Both the position numbers and the translations under genes were made by a program. The notes under the pieces were generated by a model. The model saw only the letters and a list, made by a program, of their open reading frames with translations, searched no databases and was not told the origin of the DNA. A stretch of 64,000 bases of DNA from Chrysomallon squamiferum (lineage: Eukaryota > Animalia > Mollusca): contig CM022669.1 of assembly GCA_012295275.1 (NCBI GenBank), positions 15,004,001 to 15,068,000 on the forward strand, given 5' to 3'. This document shows positions 13,349 through 64,000 of this stretch, one piece after another (position 1 is the first letter of the stretch; each line of letters opens with the position of its first letter).

Positions 13349-15192
13349 TATCAACTGCTGACCTAAAATATGCTCATTGTCCTGGGTTTTTCCTTACATT
13401 GCCTGTGGAAGCATTGATAGTGTTACTTTGTGCCCGTAGGTACTTAGATATCACATCTGCAGTCTTGTAAAGTCAACATTGTTTAAGTTTTTAATATATA
13501 TTTATTCACTGTTTGATATCTAATATTACAACATTCATTCAAATATTGAATGAAAAAAAAAAAAACTGTTTAAAAGAAATCACAATGGAATCTTCTTCCA
13601 AAGAGTAACAAGGCATTATCAGATCATTTATCTAAAGGTAAAAATATATGTTATACAGCTCATTATATTTACGGGCATGGATATGAATGTAGTCAAAAAT
13701 TTGGGAATGTTTTCATTACAGATGTATTAGTAGTAGTATTAGGAAGAAATCAAAATTTATGTATGGAACTGTTTTTGTAAAGGTTACGGTGTATATGTGT
13801 CATATGATAACTCATGTGGTGTCTCCCTCTCTATTTAACATTTACCAGTTGACAGCTGGGAGTCTGTCAGAAATGTGTACATAGATATATATTACATTCT
13901 AAACACAATGGTGCAATTAGATTACTGAGAATTATTATTGCATCTGCAGGCTTTTCACATGAATCTAATTAGGAATAATGAAATTTGTTAGGTGAAATGA
14001 AGAATTTATATATGAAATGTTGGTGGAAAGTGATTCAGATATTTTTTTATTTAAACTTATTATTATTATTATTATTATCTAAATATTTTTATTGACAATT
14101 TGACTGAGATAATCTCTTAGTTAAACAAGTTACAAGTTTTTAAAAGTAAAACAGAAACAGTTTCCCAAAATGTTCTTTGTAGATTACATTTTTTAAGCAG
14201 TCAAATAGTTTTGAAATTTTAAAATTCATTTTTGAAATGAGCATGAAATATTACAGTTAAGTCCAGAACTGGAACAGTCATTAAACAGGCAATGTAATAT
14301 TCAGTAATAACCCCATTTATAATGAAATTCACTTTAATATGGGGCACCACATTTTTTTTATTCTGTCCTCAATAATGCAAGTTTTAAATTTACTCTTCCC
14401 ATGTCTGAAAAGAATAATTTTTAGTCAAAAGCCCCAAAATAATTATTAAATTATTACCACGTCAAGTATTCTCTTTGCATTAGAGAACAGAGGTACTTTA
14501 GATATTTAGTATCTCCAGCTCGGTTCACTGTTGTTGTTATTTTAATAAAATTATTATTATATTAATGGGTTTGAATAATAAAACTTAGAATCATAAAAAG
14601 CTTACTATTCATGGTTAAGCATAATATTGACGACTGTTTTAACAGCATTCACTTTGTCTGCAGTAATAAGAATTTTTAAACCAAATCAATTTTAATGAAA
14701 TTTTATACGTGTATGCATTGTTGTTTCATGGTTGCTGGATACAACTGTGAAAAAATAAATTGTAAATAAATAAACTGAGAATACCTATTTTGTTTTAAAG
14801 TTTTCTTTTTCCCCAAGAAGGAAAATGTCAAAAAAACAACCCAGAAAAGAACAACTTAAATCAGTTTTCTTAACCATTAGCATAACTTGATTCCTAGAAA
14901 TAATTTTGGTGAGCTGTTGAGATTTTTAAAAGTACGGTAAAGAATGTAAATTAATAATCCAAAAATAATTGTACAAAACTCTTAATATAATTCCAATATA
15001 ATTATTTACTGTGATATTTTTTCATTTATATATCAAATTTTATTTCAGTGTGAATTAAAAATGATAAGAAACAATTCAGAATTTACCCGAGATTTATTTC
15101 ATTTTACTTTTTTTTGTGTGCATTATTATTATTTTCTTTCTTTCTGGTTCCTTTTTCCTTGGACAGAAATCTAATTGTTCAAAACATTATTA

Positions 15193-15225
<33 letters not shown>

Positions 15226-16555
15226 TTTTTTTTTTTAGACTAATTTAGTAATTATAAGTCATTAATAATAATGACTTATAATTAAAGTCTACTAAAAAAA
15301 CAGAATAAAACACCCCACCACAATCCATAAAAACAACAACAACCTTTTTGATGATGCTGTCTTTATACATATCGTCACATCAGAATTTCTCTTAGTAATA
15401 ATTTTAATCAACTTATGGAAAGTAGAGGTTGCACCAATTATTTTCAAATTTATTTTTTTTTCATTTCTCTTCTTTATGACATTGAGAAAGTTAAACCCCA
15501 TTTTTTGAAATACTGGATATAACCCTGGTGTTTCCTTACACAAAACAAAGCACAACACAAAAACTGCCTTGTTTTATTTATTTTATTACATTATGTCAGA
15601 TATATATATATATATATATACATACACATACAAAATTGTATAGTGAACCTGAATGACCAGATATTAGAATTACAGAAGTTGTAAATATAATAATATATTA
15701 AAGTAAAATCATTTTAAAACCAATATCGATTATAAGGCACAAACAGAGACATTGCCTCCACTCTCCAGCTAATTATCACAGCTATTTGCAGTGGTGTATA
15801 GTATTTATTCAAGGGATAAATTTGTTTTAAAAATGGGATTCATTCATTTAGTTATTTCTTGGATAAATATAAGATTTTTCAAATTTTAATTTTTATTTTT
15901 TTTTTTTTTTTTTTTTTTTCAAATATATTTTTACAGATAGCTTAATAATGGATTTGTTTATCTAAAGTAAAAACTATTTATCTTAATTATATTGTAAATA
16001 CGCCTGACAGCATTTAAAATAAAATTACAATTCGTTAAATTTCTAGTTTTAAAACCTAGCAATCTATTTCTTTACTCAGTTATATAAATTTTTAGTTTTA
16101 ACATTTCAAATCTCCTCTACCGTGTTTTAAAAATAATTCTGTATTTAAATAAATCTAAATTTATCATCAATCATTTAACTATACTTTTTCACAATCATTT
16201 TATATATTTTGATATGTATACAATTATATAAAAGTAAACCACACACACACATATACTCAAGATATCATTTATCAAATTATGTAAGACAAACCATATTGAT
16301 AAAAACACTTTTGCACCACATATTTATAATAATTAAAAAAAAATTAATTAATTAAATCACCTATTATTTAACTATAGAATAATTTAGATTTGGATATTAA
16401 TTGTTAAATAATGAATGTATATAATTTAAAGAAAAATAAGACTTCTTTTATTTTGGAGTTAAGAAAATTAGAAATGATGGATGTTCATAATATGGATGAA
16501 AATATTAATAAAAATATCAGACACTGACAGAACAATAATGTTGATTCTGTAATTT

Positions 16556-16594
<39 letters not shown>

Positions 16595-18204
16595 TTCTAT
16601 ATTCATTTCATTAAATTTTTTTTTTTTTTTAAAAAATTTTTTTTTTTTACATTTTTGTTACTGTAAGAAGAAAAGAATATTAATTTTTGTTAAATATGGT
16701 ATTCTTTAATTCATTATTTCTCAATATCTAACAAAGACTTGAATATTTCTTATTCTGAATCTTCCTATAATTATTACTGTTGAAGAAAGATCTCAGCTGG
16801 ATTCTGAGACTGTTTTACTGTAAAATTACTCACAGCCTAAGATATTTTCCTTGTCACATTCTCCTTCCACTGATAACTAATTTGTTTAATTTGATTTATA
16901 AGTTGCTGAGAAACAACAGTCTTTTTTAGATGGGTTCCACTAAAATTTTGGACTTAAAATCTTAAGTACTGGAGTGTTATATTTCCTATACTTTTGATTC
17001 ATTGCAAGAAATGGTTTGGCAATTCACATATCCTTTCCATCAGGATTCAAAAATAAGCAAAATCATGGATTGGGATTAAATCTGACATGAAATGTCTCTC
17101 AAACAATCAAATTCTTGAAGTAATTTGCTGAAATGGATGTTTGTTTATATATCATCTCAACAAGAAACTAATGAGACAATAGAACAATAAATAAATAAAT
17201 AAATAAATAATTTAATTAACGAAACAAACATCATAGTTTGCTAGGTACTGTTATATTAGAAATTTGCTACTTTTCAGGCAAATAGTTTATGATACAATTC
17301 CTAATTTAATATATATATAATTACTGTCACTTAATGCTTCTCATATGATCTATTATTATTTATCATCAGCTTCATATAATCGAAGGGAACATGCCTATAA
17401 CTATGTACTGAGACCACACTCAATCATATCACCTAAAAAGAGAATTGACCATACTAACAAAAATGGCAAAACAACAGTTATTGATAATTAGTATTAAAAA
17501 TATTTAGATATATATAATGGTTTTATGATCCTTTTATTAAAACATTTTTTCATTTTTTAAGTAGTTAGTAAGAATGTGCAATTCCAAATAATGTAAATGT
17601 CTATTGAAAAAAAAATGTATATATAAAAAAAAAGAAAAGAAAAGACATTATGCACATCTAAAATAATATATCTATAATATACATGAAAATGAAAGATTAT
17701 AAATTTCATAAATTATTTCTGAATTAAATACACCTCAAAAATAATGGATCAAAAATCAATTCTGTATGGACATGTGTTTACATAAATCAAAAATATTAAA
17801 TGCATATTTGTTTTTTTAATGTAAAACCATGGACGTTTTTTGCATGAGTAGTTTAAAAATGCAGATAGGGTAAAAATACGTTTTTATAAAATATCACAGA
17901 TTTCATGCATGTTGAACATTGATCATTTGTCACACAAAAATTCCCAAATATTTTCATCAGTAAATAAAACTACAATACTGGCTATAGTAAGAAAAAAAAA
18001 AAAAATGATGATGAAACATTTGAAAAATATTAATTCATCAAAGTCAGAAAATTTCCAGATTAAAAACTGCATTAATGATAGTTTATAGTTTTCAGATAAT
18101 TTATTTCATGCACAAATTTTAAAGATATTATAAAAATGTGTTGTACATGAAAAATAAATGGATTTCATTTCCATTCTGAGGCTACCTCTTTACATTTTAG
18201 TATC

Positions 18205-18258
18205 AAAACAAATTCTGAAATTGAAAACACTTTGAGCCGAATAAGGGATACTCAACTC
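18205..18258 (+). mobile_element. 3' terminal fragment of a second Tigger4-like element
   Basis: aaattctgaaattgaaaacactttgagccgaataagggatactcaact resembles the Tigger4 terminus AAATCCGAAATCCGAAACACTT…CGGATAAGGGATACTCAACCTG (recalled). Confidence 0.55.
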
Positions 18259-18402
18259 ACATTTCATAACTGATTTTAATTTTTTAGTTTATCACAGTCT
18301 GCAAACAGTTAATATACTGTTATACTTCTACAAACAATCCAAGAGGAAAGGAGAATTATCTTTGAGCTTAATCTGACTAAACATATAACAAACTTCTAAC
18401 TA

Positions 18403-18679
18403 TAGATTGAACATCCCTTATTTGAAAATTCAGAAATTTAAAAACATCCAAATTCCAAAACTGTTCAAGTAGCTGCAGCAGCTAAGGTTTCTGATGGATA
18501 AATATTTTCAAACTTGATGCAAATACAAAATTCTCATCAGTATTGTAATAAAAACAATTTGTATAACCTGCTTGTGTTTAGATTTGGGTCCAATCTTCAA
18601 GAAGTCTCATTATGGAATTAATTGAAAAGTATCAAAAAATGCTTTGCCCAAATATTTGTTTATAGGGATGTTCAAACTA
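18403..18679 (+). mobile_element. Degenerate non-autonomous Tc1/mariner-pogo (Tigger4/Zombi-like) MITE
   Basis: TIRs tagattgaacatccctt (18403-) and agggatgttcaaacta (-18679), with TA at 18401-18402. Internal tgtttagatttgggtccaatcttcaagaagtctcattatg resembles the Tigger4 3' region as I recall it (TGTTTAGACTTGGGTCCCATCCCCAAGATATCTCATTATG). Confidence 0.7.
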
Positions 18680-19379
18680 TGATGCTTTTTGTTAGTAATA
18701 TTTATGATAGATACTGTTCTGCATACTACAAATCTCCAAATAAATGGTTAATCAAATCTGTTTTAAGTTAACAGAAGACTTTATTTAACTCATCTTTAGA
18801 TATTGTGATGAGTCATTTGAATTATTATTCTTAATGTTATAATAATACCATTCATGTTGATTATAAATAAAAACTTCTTTCTTAATTCATTCTCCTTTCC
18901 AGGTAATTTTTAAAATAATTTTGGAAAGAAAAAAATATCAAAACACTTTGATAATAATCTTTTGATTTGATGATAAAATATTTTAAATTCACTTTTTAAA
19001 ATTAATAAGTTATGTTTTTAAGTATTAGTTGATCAATTTATTTTTAACAAATCAACATTAAAATATATATAAGATATTAATACATTAAAATGACTGTTTA
19101 AGCTTTATTATTTTCAATATATTAATTTAAAATAAAACCTGATAAATAAGTATGACAGCTGTATTCCTAATTAATATCCTGTTAACTTAAAAATATATAA
19201 AACAAAATACTGCAACTGTATTATCACAGAATCTATGTTTGTATCTTGAAAACACATTTTGGCACTGATGAGAATTCTGCCATGACTTGCAATTTGATAA
19301 ATATATGAAGGTTTGCTGAAGATTAAATCAAAGTTCCATAACTGTGAGCACTTCCTGTTGTTACTTGTGTAGACCACGT

Positions 19380-56554
<37,175 letters not shown>

Positions 56555-57911
56555 ACTGCCAAGGTCAAAGGTCAGGTCATTGATAAGAGTTAATATCTGA
56601 AAATAATAATAATAAATAATTATAATAACAGTAACAGTATTAATAAGAAAAAGAAGAAAGTGAAGAACATGAATAAGCATACTTTTAATAATAATAAAAT
56701 AAAATAAGAATCATATAAAATAAAAGAGAAATGGTACAATCTTAAAATAATAATAACAACATCAACAACAATAGCAATAGTACAAATAGTTGGATTTTTT
56801 CTTTGAAGTGGAAATACTTTAAATACATTAAAAATAGCTCTTTTTGGGGGTTAATAATTTTGTGAGATTCAAGCTGATTCTGTTTAGTATCTTCTTATTT
56901 TTTCATTTATTTATTATTATTTATTTTTCCAGTGTGAGAAGGAACAACAAATGGAATACATATGTAACAAAAACAACAACAACAAAAACAACAATTAAAA
57001 AAAAAATGTTCTCTGGGTCAGCTGCTGATATTGCATAATTCAGAGAGTAATTTTCTTCCAACCAATGAGATAAAACAATAATTTCCTGACAAAATTGATT
57101 TACGAGTGCCAGTTAAATTAAGTAAACTTACAGTCAGAAAACCACCCAAAGAAACACAATGCCTGAGATGGTGCAGTGGTTAAACTATGTGGGTCAATAA
57201 ACTGTATCAAACTCTAGGACTGGCATCTACTCAGAACCAGTGTGGATGCTGTATTGTCACTCACTGATGCTGTTAATTAACTGTAGACACCAGTTAATTA
57301 TCACAACACAAGCTTCAGGATTTTATCTCCAGAACAGACATGCCTGGTTATAATTCTTTCTGATTAGCATGTTAAATTATATCCATTGTGTATTTTTATT
57401 TAGCTTAAATACATTTTGTGTACGATCAAGTTATTGTTTTATTTGTTAGTGGTGCTCAGTCTTTCCTAATAATGAAGTTTGTGACAATAATAAGGTTCTG
57501 AAGATGCATTGTGTAATAATGTTCTCTCTTTTTTTTTTATATCATGCTGTTACACATACAGGCAAAATGAGATACAATAGACTAAAGTAACGACAAAAAT
57601 TAAATGGTTTATTTAGTATATTTTCATTTTTTTTTTTTTAAAGCAAAAAGGTAATAGAAATATTTATTTATTTATTTATTTATTTTTATATTTACACTGG
57701 TATTTTTAAAATTATTATTTAAGGTAGTATCTTTTCAGTTTATACTCTGTTGAACATACTCAGTAATCGAAGTACTTAGAATTTCTTTTCTGAATAAAAG
57801 TCTTTTTTTTGTTTTTTTTCATAACAAAATAAATAAAAAATATACAAATATAATAAAACAGAAACAAAATTAAACAATAAGAAGAAGAAGAAGAATAGAA
57901 AGGAGGAGACG

Positions 57912-57943
<32 letters not shown>

Positions 57944-57944
57944 T

Positions 57945-57978
<34 letters not shown>

Positions 57979-58725
57979 ATACATATACATGTATATATAT
58001 ATATAAGCTGGAACATGCACAAGCTCAGACACACATAATCTGGTTCCTTTACTGAGCTTTTATTTTATTTCATATGTAATATTCCTCTCAGAAAGTCTTC
58101 CATTATTTATTAGTATTGTAGCTGATACTTTTAGAGTTGCTTTGTAATATTACTAATGTTTTAGGAGTAAAAATACACATACACACAAATTATCAATAAA
58201 TAACAAAACATTCTATCTAATAATTCTTTACGACTCTACATTTATTCAATGCAACCTCCTTGAATAAAAAGAAAAAGAAGAATAATATCACCCTCCCCCC
58301 CCACAAAGCTCTTAAATCAAATCAAACAGGTGAAGAATTGTTCTTAATTACAATGGTTTCTGGTTCATTAGACAATTATATGAGGCAGGAAATCATCACT
58401 GAATGTAACAGTAATAAAAAACCCACTTTAAGCAGGAATCATAACTCTACAACATCAATTAATCCCATGTACACATGCATGTATACACACTATAGTGTGA
58501 TAATTAAAAACCACACAGTCATGGGAGCTTAAACAAAAAGACTGTAAAGTGTGATGTGATATACATAACCATATAATACCCTTGAGCGAACAATATGGAT
58601 ATTAATGACCAAACATATCCTTGCAGCCAGTAATTGATTGTTTCATGTGAACAGTCGATAATGATATTAACTATACAACTGGTTATACAACTGGTTATCT
58701 GCAGGGATCTTACACATATAATTGT

Positions 58726-58758
<33 letters not shown>

Positions 58759-58774
58759 TGCATTCCTTACTTAC

Positions 58775-58834
58775 TACACTTGATAAAACTGCTGATAACA
58801 GATTATCTGGTGACCATGGTGATGATGTAAACAT
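58775..58834 (-). CDS. Candidate upstream coding exon of the coiled-coil gene (MFTSSPWSPDNLLSAVLSSV)
   Basis: ATG at 58834, 60 nt open, strong donor GTA|GTAAGT. It joins in phase 0 to the open 5' part of exon 56596 (ILTLINDLTFDLGS-MQSS). Confidence 0.4.
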
Positions 58835-59559
58835 TCTGGTTTTTAATGAGCTGGGTAGTGTTTGTAAGTGTTACATAAGGAGGCTAAATAACTTTAAATA
58901 TATTTAAAAAAAATAGTTTTAACATTTTTAAAGGTCAAAATTCAAATGACATGTGTTACATTTCCTGTGTGAATGAATGTAACAAAGGTGTTAAATATTT
59001 AAAAGTGAAGGAAGTAGATCAATGATGGTTTTTATTGATAAATGTCTTTCATTAAGGAATGAATTGTCATTGCAAACAATGAAATAAAATATTTATTATC
59101 TGAAAATGGATTGGAAATGAAAAAAAAAACCATTAACAGGAGGAAAAATAATCTCAGCAAAACAAATTATATGTTTTTATGTGTATGTGTGTCTGTGTGT
59201 GTGTGTGTGATTATATATATATATATATATAATAAATAATATATAAAAATATATAATAATATACTTTAATCATAAAAAAAATAAAAATAAAAACTGCACA
59301 TAAATATATAAAAAAACACCTTAATTTTCACCAAAAAAATAATAGTATTTACATCAGAGAAGGAACATTTTACATCTAACACTTAAGCAATGTTAAAGAG
59401 CAACTCTAAAAGTATCAGTTACAATACTCATGAGTAATGTAAGACTATTTCAGAGGTATTCTGTGTAATAAGATATAACTGACTGAAGAAAACAGATCAT
59501 ATGTGAAGGTGCTTGTGTGTGTTTCGGCTTTACATACATACATTACATAGATACATGTA

Positions 59560-59670
59560 CATACATCCATCCATATATTCATCCATCCATCCATCCATCC
59601 ATCCATCCATCCATCCATCCATACATACATCCATACAAACATACATGCAGTCATCATTTTCTATCATGTG

Positions 59671-59747
<77 letters not shown>

Positions 59748-59760
59748 TGTCTGTCTGTCT
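59560..59760. repeat. (ATCC)n and (TG)n microsatellites
   Basis: Direct inspection. Confidence 0.95.
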
Positions 59761-61764
59761 GTGATACAGCAATATACAGGTTTAAAAATTTAAAACACAA
59801 ATAGCAATAATAATGCAAAACTATTGTAAAAAAATAATAATAATTAGATAAACAAAATATTAAAGAGTACAGATATCCAAAATGTCAATAATAATGTAAA
59901 TCTATGACACAGAAATCAGATATTACTGTAGCAGTGCAAAACTATGTTAAAGACCAGAGACAATGTAATAAACACAGTAGATAGTAACATACAAACCCCT
60001 AAGAAGAAACCACATAAATAACAGTATAAAACAAACAAACAAACAAACAAATTAATAAATAATAATAATTTAAAACAAATCTAAAGCAAAGGAAAAAAAA
60101 AACCAAGGTCTAAAAATTACCAGGTAATAATGCAAAAAAAAAACGTGTGAAGAAATCAATCAGTTGATCTGATAATGTGGAGTTAACTACGAAGCAGGTA
60201 ATAAACATTTACATTCAAAAGAGAATCACAACTCACTGATTCTGCAGTGAGACCTGACGGTTTACAACCACCACACCACTGAGTACAAGCCACACACAAA
60301 GAAAGCAAAAGGGGAATTACACAGCAGCTAATCTTCTGTGGTGGAAATCACAACAGAAGTAAAGCTATCTGCGAATTTCTTAAAGCAAAATGCAAAACAA
60401 GACAGTCTTATCTCGGACACTAAATCTGTCTGACTGTTTGATATTCAGTTCTTTTTTTTTTTGTGAATGAAAATTATAAAGAGGGTCTGAGCATTTAAAA
60501 AAAAAAAAAAAAAAAAAAAAATGTTTTCCTGTTTACATTTTATTTTACATATGAATAAAGACCATAAAATTCCGAAGAAACAAACAGAAAAATCTTTTTT
60601 TTTTCATTATCATTGTTTCCTTGTATTTTCAAATGCTGAATTTTATTACCTTATTTAAAGAAAATATTTTAAAAATAAGCATTAAGAGACTAAATCAAAC
60701 AAACAGTAGTCTTGAGTGTTTTTTTGGCTTAAAAAAATACAAAGAGATCTGTACTTGGAAAAAAGGTTTACATATATTCACTTTCATCTAAAATTCCCCA
60801 GCTATTGTTAGAAATAACAGCAAAGGCAGTATCTATACTTTCAGTGCTATAAAAGGGTACATTTTTTTTAGTTTTAAGGCATTTATAGCAGCATATACAC
60901 CTGTACAAAAACATTATCTCATTCTTCTGTGTGTACGTGTGGACATCATGGTTTCTATTACATTTTTATACATGTAGTTTGGAAAATAGATAATTTCGAG
61001 TTTCTGTGACTTTCACATTTAAATGTGCAAACTAGATAATATTACAGACATGCTTGCAATAAAACTCATTTTAAACATATACTTGGATAAACAGACATAT
61101 TTAATGCAGAAATAAAATTTAACATTTACCTGTATTGATTGTATTCAAGTTACACGTTTAATATTCAGCTGCCAAATCCTGCAAATTTCTTTAAACACCT
61201 ACAATCCACACACCTGTATTCCCTTCATGAAAATTCCAACACAGACACTAACACTGATTAGGTCATTAGCCCCCCCAAAAAAGAAAACGGCTTAAATTTG
61301 TCAATAAGAAAGTCCTTTATCCCCTTGAAGAATATGTCAGGTAATTGGCAGTGATTAAATCATTAAGAAACACACACACACACACACACTGACAAACACA
61401 CACACAGTACAGAAATATCTGAAATCACCTAGTCGATATTTCCATCATAATGTTTAATGCTGCCTGCTTGAGTGACACAAGAAAACTCACATAAAACTCT
61501 GCTCGGTGCTGGTATCATGGCTGGCCACTTAATAGAAGTCTCAGGCAAGAAAATCAGAAAAAAAGAACAACAACATGTTGACACATGTCTGTGAGGTGTT
61601 AGATACAAAGCTACAAACAGACTGAAGTAATCAGTCAAAATATAGTTTTTATTATTATTATTATAACAGTCTTTGTATATGGTCAATATTAATATTTCAA
61701 TGAACTATAATTATTATTTTACATTTTGAAGATATTTTAATAACCACTGTGCTTGTATGTGGCA

Positions 61765-62108
61765 TATTATTATCATTATTATTATTATTATTAAAAAAGT
61801 TATTATTAGCAGTACTACTATTATTATTATTATCATTATCAGCATTATTATTAGCAGTAGTATTAGTTTTATTATTACTACCATTATTATTATTAAAATT
61901 ATTATTATTACTATTATTATTATTATTATTATTACTGTTATCAGCATTATTATTAGCAGCAGTACTACTTTTACTGTTACTATACTACTATTATTATTAT
62001 TAAAATTATTATTATTACTATTATTATTATTATTATCAGCATTATTATTAGCTGTAGTACAACTTTTACTGTTACTTTGACTACTACTACTACTATTATT
62101 ACTACTAC

Positions 62109-62180
<72 letters not shown>

Positions 62181-62200
62181 TACTACTATTACTATTATCA
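61765..62200. repeat. Degenerate (TTA/CTA)n low-complexity tract
   Basis: Direct inspection. It explains the poly-I/L/N ORFs. Confidence 0.95.
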
Positions 62201-64000
62201 TTGTGTTGTTTGTCACAGTTGATTCTTGTTGATGATAAAAAAAAGAAATCAGAACACATTATGTAATGATGTTTTAAAGTGCAGGGGGGTGTGTGTGTGT
62301 GTAGGTAACAACCTTGTAATGTCCATTCTGTATGTGGGTAATGATTTTATATTTTATTTCAGTGAATAGTAGCTCTTATTTAGAGTTTTGTGGATGTTTT
62401 GATAACCACTCTATACATTCATAATTATGTTGGCATTATTATTATAATTCTGTCTTTTTTCTTTCTATTTTTTTTTTTTTTTTTTTTTAAATTTTATTAT
62501 AGATTATTATAACAACAGTCTTTGTATATGGCTATTATTATTATTTATATTTCAATGAACTATAATTATTATTATTATTTATTTAGAAATAATTATTATT
62601 TATATTGTGGTAATTGTTAAGATCTTTTCTATTGATAATTCTTCTATTTATTTATTTATTTATTTTTATTTGTTATGTTTGCTTTAGCTTGCAGATATAA
62701 TAACAACTGTAATCATTTTAATGTGCACAGCATGTAATTTGTAAAAAAAAATTCTTTGTTAACTAGAGATTGTAATTATACTTCAGTGTTTTTCATTGAT
62801 TTTAATTACAACCACCAATTTTCACAAGCAACTATAATTACGTACAATTTTTTTTTGTGTTTCAATTACTGTTTTTACCAATTACTCTCTTAACAATTAT
62901 GTGAAATTTATTGTTGTTTTTGGTGAGGAACATTGATGTGTTTGGTGAGTAACTTTTTCTAATGTACAGATAATCTTTTAATTTTTATGAACCATTGTTA
63001 TTGTTTGGATTTTAGTGATTCTTTCTGCTTTGTGGTGAATGTTTTCTTATAACTCACAGCACAGACCATTTATCTGCCTTCCAGAAAAGTTATTTTACAA
63101 AACAAATTGTCTTTAGAATCGATTTAGTCTGTATCTTTCTTTATACAGTTTTATTCTTTACTTTTCAGTGGTTATTTTGTATTTTAGTATATTTATATTA
63201 AGCCTTGGTGCAGAAAAATCCAGAAATCTGGTCACCACGTGACCCATGTTTGCTAGACAAAAAATCTGGGAGGCACTTATATATATATATATATCAACGA
63301 GAAAATATACAGGTGTTAATTCTTATATACAATCTTATTTATTTTAATGAGAAAATAAAATTACTTAGGATGTTTAAAACTCTCTGAGGGTTATTTTTAT
63401 TTTTTTAATGAGCAGTATTTATTACTTATCTTTAAAGCCAGAGTTTATGACTACATTTCTTAGTTAACTTTTTCATTTTAATGAGTAGTAATAATTACTT
63501 ACTTATAAGTCTGTTACATCTTGTTTAGTGTTAGTTTCACATAACTGTTTTAATGATTTTGCTTATAAAAATGTGTAAGGAGAGTTTGGTATAAGCCCAT
63601 GCACTGCTGAATGAAAAAAAAAAAAAAAAAAAATAATAGTCTTTTAAGGTTTAGGATCATCAGGAATCAGTTACAGAGAAATGGTTCCTTGGTTCAGTGA
63701 TTAATCTTAAAAGTCAAGATCTAGATTCTTCACAGATGATTAAAATTTGTTTGCTAATGATGTATATGATAGGAGGTTTGCAAGGTTTACTCTATCAGAC
63801 ATGCAGTTAACATTCCTTTTATACCAATACTATTCTACATCTCATCCTTACTGTACCCATTACCTTGACTATAAATCTAACTGAAATTCTAACATAGATT
63901 CTTGTCTCAAATCCTATCCCAACTCTGACCCTGACATTAACAAATTCTAACCCTAACCTAACTCAAATACTAACCCTAACGTTGCCCATCATATATCAGT

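Noticed and set aside
61714-62259. 181-aa N/I-rich ORF and overlapping poly-L/I ORFs
   Set aside because: Translations of AAT/TTA low-complexity DNA with no splice or homology support. The same applies to ORFs at 20854, 25882, 42093, 45528, 48388 and 59513.
63925-63980. ctaaccctaac motifs as telomere
   Set aside because: Only two or three degenerate CCCTAA units followed by ordinary sequence; not an array.

Overview
Very AT-rich, microsatellite-laden eukaryotic DNA from an invertebrate animal (a mollusc is my best guess, by inference only). Three spliced protein-coding genes were reconstructed exon by exon. (1) GBA2, the non-lysosomal glucosylceramidase (GH116), lies on the minus strand from 7838 to beyond the left edge. 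It has two GC-AG introns and one junction that is 1 nt out of phase. (2) RGP1 (RAB6A-GEF complex partner 2) lies on the plus strand (9022-13348), head-to-head with GBA2 across a short CpG-enriched promoter, the same arrangement as in human 9p13.3. (3) A ~31-exon, ~1,290-aa long coiled-coil gene of unrecognised family lies on the minus strand (~56554 to 19380). In this sequence it shows a 20-bp duplication creating a premature stop, a tandemly duplicated exon pair, an inverted intronic copy of one of its own exons, and a cluster of candidate alternative C-terminal exons. Also present: Tigger4/Zombi-like and hAT-Charlie-like MITEs, minisatellites and many microsatellites. There is no prokaryotic system, CRISPR array or RNA gene. 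Most ORF-track entries are microsatellite noise or exon fragments.
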